Shown: in pieces, positions 34,747-47,187 of the stretch | How the letters are laid out: the number at the start of each line of letters is the position of its first letter | Numbering within the stretch: position 1 is the first letter of the stretch | Assembly: GCA_002269645.1 (NCBI GenBank) | Contig: NIVC01001275.1 | Coordinates: forward strand, 62,001 to 126,000 | Source of the DNA: Macrostomum lignano | Lineage: Eukaryota | Length of the DNA: 64,000 nt | Direction of reading: 5' to 3' | Program-made: the position numbers and the translations under genes | The notes under the pieces: model-generated | Database searches by the model: none | The model's input: only the letters and a program-made list of their open reading frames with translations | Told to the model about the DNA's origin: nothing

Positions 34747-35344
34747 GGAGTTGAAAAAGCCACACAGGAAATTCCCCGTCGCACCAAATGCACTACTCAG
34801 TGAGTAGAAGGCCTGGCTAGAAGGAGAATAATTTGTAATTTTAGTTAGGAAATCACTTATTCATCAAGAGTAATTATGAAACTATTATTTAAAAAAACTG
34901 GAGTACACTTTACTGATAGAAAACTCATGTGTTTCATTAATACAGTTTACTTATAATTGACCAAACAAGAGCACAGCTCACAGCTGACTGACCTTGTCAA
35001 TTAAAAATTATTTTAAAGATTTAAAAAGACAATTAAAATTTGCATTGCAATCCATAGTATACAAAAAACAACAAAATTACAAAACGAGACAATTACAAAG
35101 CAGTCAATCAGCAGGAATATAACTAAGCTAGAATATTTATCAAAAAGCGATCAGATTACTTGAATATAACTACAAAGCAAGATTATTGCAAGTTGAGAAT
35201 TTTTCTGAGTAACTGTCTACTTTTAAGTAGTAGGCCTCTTAAATGGCACGCAAGTTTAGACAACTATTGTATATAATGACAATATCCGCTAGCGATTATT
35301 CAATGATTAACATCAACCTCTATAACTCTATAACCTCTATAATG

Positions 35345-36675
35345 ATTGGGGTGCACACCGAGTGACACATTCCTATTCTATGAACAGGGATTGGGTGTAC
35401 ATCGAGTGACACATTCCTATTCTATGAACAGGGATTGGGGTGTACATCGAGTGACACATTCCTATTCTATGAACAGGGATTGGGGTGTACATCGAGTGAC
35501 ACATTCCTATTCTATTAACAGGGATTGGGGTGTACACCGAGTGACACATTCCTATTCTATGAACAGGGATTGGGGTGTACATCGAGTGACACATTCCTAT
35601 TCTATGAACAGGGATTGGGGTGTACACCGAGTGACAAATTCCTATTCTATGAACAGGGATTGGGGTGTACATCGAGTGACACATTCCTATTCTATGAACA
35701 GGGATTGGGGTGTACATCGAGTGACACATTCCTATTCTATGAACAGGGATTGGGGTGCACACCGAGTGACACATTCTTATTCTATGAACAGGGATTGGGG
35801 TGTACATCGAGTGACACATTCCTATTCTATGAACAGGGATTGGGGTGTACATCGAGTGACACATTCCTATTCTATGAACAGGGATTGGGGTGTACATCGA
35901 GTGACACATTCCTATTCTATGAACAGGGATTGGGGTGTACATCGAGTGACACATTCCTATTCTATGAACAGGGATTGGGGTGTACATCGAGTGACACATT
36001 CCTATTCTATGAACAGGGATTGGGGTGTACACCGAGTGACACATTCCTATTCTATGAACAGGGATTGGGTGTACATCGAGTGACACATTCCTATTCTATT
36101 AACAGGGATTGGGTGTACACCGAGTGACACATTCCTATTCTATGAACAAGGATTGGGTGTACATCGAGTGACACATTCCTACTCTATGAACAGGGATTGG
36201 GGTGTACATCGAGTGACACATTCCTATTCTATGAACAGGGATTGGGTGTACATCGAGTGACACATTCCTATTCTATTAACAGGGATTGGGTGTACACCGA
36301 GTGACACATTCCTATTCTATGAACAGGGATTGGGTGTACACCGAGTGACACATTCCTATTCTATGAACAAGGATTGGGTGTACATCGAGTGACACATTCC
36401 TACTCTATGAACAGGGATTGGGGTGTACATCGAGTGACACATTCCTATTCTATGAACAGGGATTGGGGTGTACACCGAGTGACACATTCCTATTCTATGA
36501 ACAGGGATTGGGTGTACATCGAGTGACACATTCCTATTCTATTAACAGGGATTGGGTGTACACCGAGTGACACATTCCTACTCTATGAACAGGGATTGGG
36601 GTGTACATCGAGTGACACATTCCTATTCTATGAACAGGGATTGAGTGTACATCGAGTGACACATCCCGATTCTAT
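35345..36675. repeat. 45/44-bp minisatellite (GGGGTGTACATCGAGTGACACATTCCTATTCTATGAACAGGGATT), ~30 copies
   Basis: Read directly from the sequence. Confidence 0.96.
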
Positions 36676-37556
36676 TCCGAGAGAAACTTGAATGATAGTT
36701 TCACAGCAAAAGTAAGGACTAAACCGATAAACTCACATGTTTCGTTGCAAATTATTGTCATAAACTAGTCAGTAAATTGTTCTAGGCAGCAAAATTCGAG
36801 TCAATGAAAGAAAGAGTTGGATTTGGAAGAGAGTATTCAACACTGCAGATAAAAGCAATCATCAACAGCGGAAGGAACAGTTTTACACGCAATAAAAATT
36901 CAAAACTGCTAATCGCAACGGGATAATCAGAATGTGAGCAAAGCATAAATCAATCAATACTACTATTCGTAAAAGTAGTAATGTAACTAACGTTTTTATA
37001 GAACACAAATACCAAAATAACTAAATGGGCCACTCAGGCATAAGTACTTAGTAAAACAGCTTCTACTTTCAGTTCAGTAGCAAAGAAGAATACATAAGCT
37101 ATTTTATAAAAAATAAAGGCAGCTGAAATGACTTCGATAAGTTTAGAAGCCCAAGCTTGCAGGCGTAAACAGCTTGCTAATTGGTTCAGCAATAATGTAC
37201 ATTAGCCAGTCCACTGAAATGTACATGGCAGCTTTAGGCTGGAATTCCGAGAAAGGCAATAAAAATTGGGGTGGGGCGGGTCGTGTGGAAAGGCGCGGTT
37301 GGAGGGTTTAAGCTGGGGGCAAGAGCCAATAAATGAGCCTTGGCTTTAAAAATGCATTAAAATGCTTCAGTTTAACTTACTACTGAACTGAAAGTAGCTT
37401 ACACGCAAATGTGCTGAGTGGCCAATCTAGTTATTCTAGCATCTGTGTATAAGATTTTAGGCTGCAATATAGCTAGTTTTAAAATAAAACAATACATTAT
37501 TGCCTACTAACAAGTAGCAAAACAAGAGTATTATGAAGCCAAGTTAGTAGAACTGC

Positions 37557-40500
37557 TTAACCGGCCCCACCAGATAATTTCTTGATAACGCCGAGGCCCT
37601 GCTCCTGATACTCTTGGCGACTGATCCAGAACTTGTCGTCGTGGTCTTTCATTATATCGGCCAGTATAGCGCCGCCTAGGAACACCATGTGCTTGCGCCG
37701 GGGCGGGTCCTCTATGCGGATTTTGAACTTGCCCAGCCGGTCAGTGTCGCCTTTCAGTACCTTTGCAAATGGCATTGTGAAATATGCGTACTCTCTCTTA
37801 AATGTCTTCTCTCATCTATACAGCTCACCGTCTGATCTATACAGCTTACCCTCTGATCTATACAGCTCACCCTCTGACCTATACAGCTTACCCTCTGATC
37901 TATACAGCTCACCCTCTGATCTATACAGCTCACCCTCTGATCTATACAGCTTACCCTCTGATCTATACAGCTCACCCTCTGATCTATACAGCTCACCCTA
38001 TGATCTATACAGCTCACCCTCTGATATATACAGCTTACCCTCTGATCTATACAGCTCACCCTCTGATCTATACAGCTCACCCTCTGATCTATACAGCTCA
38101 CCCTCTGATCTATACAGCTCACCCTCTGATCTATACAGCTCACCCTCTGATCTATACAGCTCACCCTCTGATCTATACAGCTCACCCTCTGATCTATACA
38201 GCTCACCCTATGATCTATACAGCTCACCCTCTGATATATACAGCTTACCCTCTGATCTATACAGCTCACCCTATGATCTATACAGCTCACCCTCTGATCT
38301 ATACAGCTCACCTTCTGATCTATACAGCTCACCTTCTGATCTATAGATCTCCCACTCTGATCTCTATAGATCTCCCACTCTGATCTATAGATCTCCCACT
38401 CTGATCTATAGATCTCCCACTCTGATCTATACAGCTTACCCTCTAATCTCTAAATCTCTCACTCTGATATCTACATCTCCCACTCTGATCTGTAAATCTC
38501 CCTCTCCGACCCTCCGGCTCACCTGTTCCAAGTACAGCTGCTTCATCTCCCGCTCCAGCCTGCTGGGCAGACCCGGATACATGGTGGTGCCACCTGACAG
38601 CACAATCTTCTTATAGAACTCAGGTCTGATATCCATGTCGGCCTGCTGGATGGTGTTAAACAGCAGTTCGGCCACGCCTACTCCGTCAACATCGACCAGA
38701 TGAGGCTGGAACAGAGCCTCTGGCGCTTGGAAACGCTCGCCGCTCACCTGATTGATGGGGTGAGGGAGAGGTGGCGGAGACATAGTCAGACAATATGAAC
38801 AAACCTGACACTGACACAGTGCCTGTCAGATAATATGAACAAACCTGACACTGACACAGTGCCTGTCAGACAGTATGAACAAACCTGACACTGACACAGT
38901 GCCTGTCAGACAGTATGAACAAACCTGACACTGACACAGTGCCTGTCAGACAATACAAGCAAACCTGACACTGACACAGTGCCTGTCAGACAATGAAAGC
39001 AAACCTGACACTGACACAGTGCCTGTCAGACAATATGAACAAACCTGACACTGACACAGTGCCTGTCAGACAATATGAACAAACCTGACACTGACACAGT
39101 GCCTGTCAGACAATGAAAGCAAACCTGACACTGACACAGTGCCTGTCAGACAATGAAAGCAAACCTGACACTGACACAGTGCCTGTCAGACAATTAAAGC
39201 AAACCTGACACTGACACAGTGCCTGTCAGACAATGAAAGCAAACCTGACACAGACACAGTGCCTGTCAGACAATATGAACAAACCTGACACTGACACAGT
39301 GCCTGTCAGACAGTATGAACAAACCTGACACTGACACAGTGCCTGTCAGACAATACAAGCAAACCTGACACTGACACAGTGCCTGTCAGACAATATGAAC
39401 AAACCTGACACTGACACAGTGCCTGTCAGACAATACTCGATGAGCTAATGAAACTCACCTTGATAACTCGACCGTCCGGCAGGGTGTACTTCTCTACTAG
39501 CACGGTGGTCTCGAGAGCCAGCCGCTCCTCCTGAGCAACATCGTAGGCCACGTAGCAGAGCCGCTCCTTGAGCTGTCGGATGGTCTCAAAATCTGCGCTA
39601 GCATTGAAAGCGTAGCCCCTGAGCAGCAGCAGCTTAATGAGGTAGCGGGTGATGTCCCGGCCGGCGATGTTTAATCGTTTAGTGAGGTGCGGCAGAGCGA
39701 AGCCGTCGTACACAGGGCAGATGTGCGTGACGCCGTCGCCTGAGTCAACAACAACGCCTGTTAGAAGGCCCTGTAAGGTGTTGTTGTGTTTAACGATTAC
39801 AATCAAACTGTGTATGCAGTTTAAAGCATTGCTCTTATTATAGGAATATCAGGGCTAGTGGGATAGATCCTGGGATAGTGGGAATCCTTGGGATTTGGAA
39901 ATCTAATTAATATTGGGAGAATTCTCTGATATATACTGTGTATGCAGTATATTGGGGTGTGATGGGAGAATTCTGGGATTGGGGAATATTGGGATTTGGG
40001 AGTCCAGGGATTAGGGAATCCGGGATTGGGGAATCCAAGGATTGGGGAATCCAGGGATTGGGGAATCCAAGGATTCAGGAATCCAGGGATTGGGGAATCC
40101 AAGGATTCGGGAATCCAGGGATTGGGGAATCCAAGGATTGGGGAATCCAAGGATTGGGGAAACCAGGGATTCCTCAATCCAGGGATTGAGGAATCTTTGA
40201 ATTGGGGAATCCAGGGATTGTGGAATCCTGGGATTGGGGAATCCAAGGATTCGGGAATCCAGGGATTGGGGAATCCAAGGATTGGGGAATCCAAGGATTG
40301 GGGAAACCAGGGATTCCTCAATCCAGGGATTGAGGAATCTTTGAATTGGGGAATCCAGGGATTGTGGAATCCTGGGATTGGGGAATCCTGGGATTGGGAA
40401 ATCCTGGGATTGGGGAATCCTGGGATTGGGGAATCCTGGGATTGGGGAATCCTGGGATTGGGGAATCCTGGGATTGGGGAATCCTGGGATTGGGGAATCC

Positions 40501-41469
40501 TGGGATTGGGGAATCCTGGGATTGGGGAATCCTGGGATTGGGGAATCTTTGAATTGGGAAATCCAGGGATTGGGGAATCCTGGGATTGGGGAATCCTGGG
40601 ATTGGGGAATCCTGGGATTGGGGAATCCTGGGATTGGGGAATCCTGGGATTGGGGAATCCTGGGATTGGGGAATCCTGGGATTGGGGAATCCTGGGATTG
40701 GGGAATCCTGGGATTGGGGAATCCTGGGATTGGGGAATCCTGGGATTGGGGAATCCTGGGATTGGGGAATCCTGGGATTGGGGAATCCTGGGATTGGGGA
40801 ATCCTGGGATCGGGGAATCCTGGGATTGGGGAATCCTGGGATTGGGGAATCCTGGGATCGGGGAATCCTGGGATTGGGGAATCCTGGGATTGAGGAATCT
40901 TTGAATTGGGAAATCCAGGGATTGGGGAATCCTGGGATTGGGAGAATCGTCTGAGCGGTATGGCTCAAAGGAGCCGTTACTCCCACCGTTTGGGAGTATC
41001 CGTTTGAACCAATATAGCTTACCTGAGCGTAAAGAGTCAGGACAGCTTGAATCGCAACGTACACGCCAGAAAAGTTGTACTTTTCAAACATGGCTTCAAT
41101 CATTCGCTCGCGATTCTTAGCCGGATTCATCGGCGGCTCAGTCAGGAGGATCTTCGTATTCTGACAGTCTAAGTTCATCTTTTTCGGCCCGAATGTGTAA
41201 TCATAAAGGTGGAGCATGTCTGTCCAGTTGCTCACAATGCCATTCTCCATTGGATAATTAACTTGTAGCATTTGGCGAACCTCGGCCGCCTCGTCACCAA
41301 TCATGAGGTCGCGAACTTCAACGTCGCCAATGCGAGAGCTGCTTCTTAGAATCGGCCGGCCGACTAGCGAGGGGAAAATATGCTCGGGGTAGTTGGCCCC
41401 GGCCCGGCCGCACTTCACAAATCCTGTGCCATTGTCGCACACAACCACATGGCGGCCCTTGCTGTCCAT
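37557..41469 (-). CDS. ACTR2: Actin-related protein 2 (Arp2/3 complex), 395 aa; exons 41469-41023, 39770-39459, 38747-38523, 37760-37557
   Basis: [21 protein letters not shown]...LTLYAQ|[16 protein letters not shown]...LPDGRVIK|[15 protein letters not shown]...LYLEQ|VLKGD...[14 protein letters not shown] matches Arp2 end to end; three phase-0 GT-AG introns. Confidence 0.97.
37812..38440. repeat. 21-bp minisatellite in Arp2 intron 3 (CTGATCTATACAGCTCACCCT)
   Basis: About 29 units. Confidence 0.95.
38782..39432. repeat. 40-bp minisatellite in Arp2 intron 2 (GTCAGACAATATGAACAAACCTGACACTGACACAGTGCCT)
   Basis: About 16 units. Confidence 0.95.
39968..40942. repeat. 16-bp G-rich minisatellite in Arp2 intron 1 (GGGATTGGGGAATCCT)
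   Basis: About 60 units; homogeneous at 40380-40930. Confidence 0.95.
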
Positions 41470-44242
41470 TGGCTCGAATGCTTATGCGTTATGCTTTAAA
41501 TGTGGAAATAAGATTTACAAAGTTAACACTATGTACACTTACTTGAGTTGCAGTAAAGTCTATATGCCAATTTGGAAGAAGGCAATTGAGACATATAGGC
41601 TAAATACTTAACCTAATTAAGTACATTACATTTTTTCCTGTGCATGAATATTTGTACACATTTTCCTTTGAACATTTCCTAAATTGAAAACCAGACATGC
41701 ATCTATCACAAAACAATTTAATTAATTTATTTATATAATTTATTAACTATTTACTTTGAATTGGAATGAGAAAGTTGACAATCTAAATACCAAATAGTTA
41801 CTTTGATGTGGGGCGAAGATTTGGAACAAGAGTTGAATATTAGTGTTGTGGCTTATAAAAAAGGAAAAAATTAGGGATAAATAGGAATCAAAAAATTAGA
41901 GACTAGGAAGTTTGCATTTGAAAAGTTTAGTGTTAGGGTTAGGGGTTATGGGCTTGTAGCTCATAAATGAGGGAGGGAATTAAGGATAGGAAAATATGTG
42001 GCATATCTTGAGGAAAAGCAGGGATGCTTGAGCAGTAGCAAGCATATTGTGCTCAGATTGAGGCTTTGAGGCTTTAGGAAGAATTGGAGCATTAAGAATC
42101 AAGTTTATGGAACATGGATTTTGGGTGTGCTAATTTCTACAAACTTGGAAAGATGGGGTTGGCATCTGGTCTAAGTGCATTTCATTGGATAAGAAGATGC
42201 AAACCTAGTGGTTGAAGGCTACTAAAAAGGAATAGGGCTAGAAATTAAATACCATGTACTTCAAACAATGAATATAAACCTAGCTAGACATATCCACACA
42301 CATTCAACCATAGTAAGTTGGGTATATTTTAGACTGAAATATTTGTGACCACAAATGAAATCAATTGCAAAATCTGCATTGTCCACTATACTATTAAAGT
42401 TGGCAACTTTGTTGGTTGGTTAAAGTCATATTTTCTCTATGCTCTATATGAGCACTAATATCATTTACCAATTTAATTGCTCCAATGATCAGAACAGCTC
42501 CTATGTGGCAAAAACTAAAAGGCACCTACACACCATAGTCCCAAGTATACACCATGCATGCAAGAATATTTTTTGCTTGGCATGCTGCACATGGGAGGGT
42601 TGGATCTAATCTACCTAGTGTATGCCAATAGACTGGTAGACTGGAGGTTACAATATGCATGCACAAGGCTACAATAATTTCTAAGTGTTGGAAAAACCAT
42701 TCAAAACTTTAAAACAAGAGAGTGCAGATAAACAACACTTTAGAACTGCCTAAGAATAGGTCCTTGTTGCATATAAGAATTTCCCCTCAAAAATAGCATC
42801 TTTGGGAATATGGCCAATACTACACTAGAATTAGGGAGCATTAGTTCAAACCATTGGCAATCTAAATCCATCTCTTAGAATGCAATATTTGCTTTAACTA
42901 TAAACCCGAGAAATGATTTAAAGTCATTGACCATTGCTTATTTGACTTTAAAACTTCAGATTTAAAAAATACTATATAGTTTTTTCATTACAAATTATAA
43001 CCATTAGCATAGTTTATGCTCTACTATATGTTAGTTGTTTTAGAATTTAAAAGCAGCTATGTGAAAAATATAGAACTAAAAGTTTGATATAGATTGCTTT
43101 TTGCAACCTTTTTCTATCTATTATGGTTCAAAATTTATAAGTGCAAAGTGCTTAAAGTTTGAAAACATGATAAGATCCTCTTGTATTTATAACCTATTTG
43201 CCATTGTTTAGATTATATAGGCCTATTAGTGTATGCCAGGTTTAATGCCAGAAAAATGACAAAACCTTGTCTATACACTGGATTTGTATGCCAATAAAAA
43301 AATTGTCATTTGACATTATGTAGGGGCCACACTTAGGAAGGTGTACAATATAGTAGAAAATTCCAGCACACATCAATGAAAAATATGTGCAAATTTTTAG
43401 CACATAGTGGCACATAGCAAAAGTTGATAAGAAAAATTTAGCTTACAATAAGTCACCTAAATGTATAATCTGCATATGCATTCCGTAAAATATGCTTTTA
43501 GATTACATTTTTTCCAAGTATATCAATTAAAAAATTGTTTCTTAGTAAGTAAAACAAATAATAAAATTCAAAATAGGATTTTACCATAAAGTTAAGCTAG
43601 GCCTAATTCTTTTGACAATTTTCTACATGAGCTAAAATAAAGCACAAGGTTTTGAGTTAAAAAGCCTACAAAGGTACAAAAACTTATCCATTTTTTTACT
43701 TTCATTCTAATTGGACTTTTACTGAGTTTTTTAATGCTATGGTACATTAGTACTCTAGCTATGTATTTGTCAATAAACAAATATAGGCCTTAGTACATAA
43801 ATTCATATCTTAGCTTTGCACACAGCACACACTCCGCACACATGTGATACCTTCCTGAACCTTCCTATTTGCTGTCTCATATATGCCAGGAGATATCCTA
43901 ATGTACACTAAAAGTGGTAAGACCTTTGTTATATACTAGGAAATATTGGCATACATGTCATCTTCCAAACTATGGCCTGTTTGTTATATCAATTCCAAAG
44001 ATGTACATTGTGTGTTAGTACATAATGTCATTCTTTTAAACCTAGGCTAGGGCCTATGGTGATTTTTGGTTTATCTTTCTATTTGTAAAGAAAATTTGAG
44101 GGAAAGGGTCCAATTCTCTATATTGCATATCTGCCAGCTGACATGCACACAATTAAAACACTAGGTGGACAGCTGCCATGCATGCAATTAAAATACTGGA
44201 TGAACGGACGGCTCCCATGCACGCAAGCTTGCTGTAGGTATA

Positions 44243-45533
44243 CAAGGGGGGTTCAAAAAGTTATATTGTTTGTACATTCAAACAAAAAATTTTGGGACAA
44301 GGCTACATTATTTTTCAACATAATCTCCTTGGCAATCAATACACTTCTGCCAACAGTCACGCAGCTCTTGGATGCTGCTGGTGTAGAAAGTTGCCGTCTG
44401 GTCCTCCAGCCACTGGTTCACGAGGGCGATGACTTCCTCATTGGACTCAAAATGGCACCCTGGGAGTGGCTTCTTCAGCTGGCGAAACAAGTAGAAATCC
44501 GATGGGGCCAGGTCTGGTGAATAGGCAGGATGGGGCAGAATTTTGAATCCTGCAGTGGTGGCAGCATTCACTGCAACTTGGGCTGTGTGAGCAGGGGCAT
44601 TGTCATGAAGCAGCAGGGGGTGAGCACTCAACTTGCCTCACCTCTTCCTGACAACTGCTTGACGAAGTTGGCCCAGCTGTTCAGTGTACCACACACCTGT
44701 CACAGTATGCCCAACTGGCAAGTACTCAGCAAGCAGCATCCCCTGACAATCCCAGAAGAAGCAGCCCAAGACCTTGTCAGCCGACTTCACTTGCTTGAAC
44801 TTGCGAGGTGCATCTTCTCCTGGGCGCCGCCACTCCATGGAGTCACGCTTGGACTCAGGGTCGTAGTGGTGTAGCCAGCACTCATCCCCTGTTATGATTC
44901 GTCGCTCGAATCCATTTGGGTCCGTGTTGTATAGATCAAGCATGAAGCAGCTAGAGTTCACCCAATTCAGCTTATGGTCCCGCGAAAGCAATTGGGGCAC
45001 CCAATGGGCACTGACTTTGTTGTATCCAAGGATTTGGTGCAGGATTTCCTCAACTGAACCAATTGAGATGCCAACAGTGTGTGCAATGCTGGCAACTCGA
45101 ATTTGCCTATCTTCATCCAGGAGCTTGGCAACTGCATCAACTTTCTCCTGGTTGGCACTGGTAGCAGGGCGCCCACTCTGGGGGTCATCTTCGAGGGTCA
45201 CCCTGCCTTGCTTAAATTCAGTATGGTGTCTCTCAATTGTGCGTAGAGATGGGCAAGTTGCGGGGTACACAGACTTGATCTCTGCTTCAATCTCTGGTGG
45301 CTTTAATCCTTTTAAGGTAAAAAAATTTAATGAGAGCTCGATACTTCTGTTTCTCCATTTTGCTGAAAATGCAGGGGATGCCTTGAGTTCTTGCTGAAAA
45401 AATGACTTCAAAAACTGATAGAAGGTTGAACATTTGCCATATACACTCTATATAAAAGTACTATTCTAAACCAAAAATGTTTCATTAAAATATTGTGATA
45501 TAGCCAAACGACAAAACTTTTTGAACCCCCTCG
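44243..45533 (-). mobile_element. Full-length (~1.29 kb) mariner-family DNA transposon with TIRs and a TA target site
   Basis: TA-CAAGGGGGGTTCAAAAAGTT at 44241 and AACTTTTTGAACCCCCTCG-TA at 45533; the internal transposase has TGDECW, WVPQLL, HDNAPAH and YSPDLAPSDF motifs. Confidence 0.95.
44308..45358 (-). pseudogene. Mariner DD34D-type transposase pseudogene
   Basis: True start MEKQKYRALIKFF at 45358, followed by an extra T in a T7 run (frameshift) and an in-frame TGA at 44638-44640 (KR*GKLS); ends GDYVEK*. Confidence 0.9.
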
Positions 45534-47058
45534 TATGTAGGTTAATGTACACAAACAACATGTATGACTATACATAATTCAACCGATTCTTAATAAATGT
45601 CTTGTCTTGTCTGTTTATAAATTGACATCAAGTCAAGACAACAGACAATAGGAAATTAGGAATGGCAAGCCTGCTTGTTTTCATTGTAAAATGAATAAGT
45701 TTTAAAGTATTTTCGTTTGAGCACAATCATAGTCAGCAAAAAATTGGCCTTCATATATAACTATCATTTATACGAACTTCCCTCCGAATAAAAAAGAGGT
45801 CGGTCATGACATGAACTGTGAACTTTCGAAGAAAATATCAAGTCTTCTTTACTGTTGAAATTAAACCGCTTATAACAATAATATAATATATTTTAATATT
45901 TATTGGAGCAAAATATTTTTAGACTTTTAGGATGAAAAAAGATTGGCTTATGCTTGCTAGTTAAAAACTTACGAATCCGAGGAGTTTCAGTTCCAAAATT
46001 GGCAAGTCGTCCCTAGATGTCAAGCGAATCTGCAAGCCCTCAACCTCGTCAAACAAAAGTAATTAGTGACTTTTCGCGAAGCACGACTCAAGAACCAAAA
46101 TATTATATAATATACACGTACTCCCAGGTGTAAACATGTAATACATGTAGATATACCTCATGATCACTGCCACGCATTTCACAAGACATGTATTGCAGCT
46201 AGTACGTAGATATGATATGTAAGCTGTCCTAGAACTTTCAAGCTCACTGTACAATGCATATGCGACTGGACAAAAAAGCACATATATTTATGATTTGGCG
46301 AGCCTTATAGTTAAAGACATTTAACAAATCAATGTGCCGATTCTTTAATGAATAAAAGAATTAAATTCATTTTGCTAGGTGCTATCGGAGCGCCGGTGTC
46401 GGATCGGAATGCATTGCAATAACATGCTCAGTGTTTTTATGCATGTACAAGTACACATGTATATATTTTACGTACATACTTTATATGTGCCTGACTGGTA
46501 ACTATGTTTATTAATAACTGGTGCTTGATCGAAAAATCTTTTATTATCTTTTAATATTTAAAGGCTCTATATTATATCAATACACACCACCAACAACAAC
46601 AAAAGTACATGTATGCCAGATTGTCAGTGTGATTTTTGTGACCATACCGACTTTTACAAAAAATTGCTGTGCATGTTATTAGTACATATCAGTCAGTTGA
46701 TAGCTCATGCAATTGATTGTATGAAAGAGCTCCTTTAGGGTATAGCCACAGGCCCCATCTCCATCAATAATTTGCTAGTTATTGAACACTTGTGATGAAT
46801 ATATTTTGTTATACAGCTTCCTAAGTTCCTACATGTTAAAAACGGCAAAGTATGTACAAGTAACTTATCGAATTAATAGATAAAATACATGAAGAAAAGC
46901 TTTGCAATTTTAGTTATTGAATTTCATTAACCACGCACCGCACACATCGGAAAAATGACACCACTGTCCTGTTCTTTTCCGCACAAGCTGAGTCACAGAA
47001 CGCATCTCCATAGAATACGCAATCAGGATAGTCGGCTAGCTGGCTGCAGTCGTCCGAA

Positions 47059-47187
47059 TCACCACCAGGATCTGAAGACGTCTCCCATAGCTAATATGAT
47101 GAAGATAGTAATAGCCATTGCTATGCAGGTTATAATAGCAATGAATATCTGGAATTTGGTCTCGCAGCAGCACTTTATCCAAGCCAT
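47059..47187 (-). CDS. Candidate 42-aa single-pass micropeptide, or first exon of a larger gene
   Basis: MAWIKCCCETKFQIFIAIITCIAMAITIFIILAMGDVFRSWW: a Cys triplet followed by ~24 uncharged hydrophobic residues. No homologue recognised. Confidence 0.35.
   Translation of the reverse strand: MAWIKCCCETKFQIFIAIITCIAMAITIFIILAMGDVFRSWW

Noticed and set aside
45310-45335. Slippery AAATTTT at the transposase frameshift as programmed -1 frameshifting
   Set aside because: A +1 shift is required and the gene also has an internal stop, so a homopolymer insertion is simpler.
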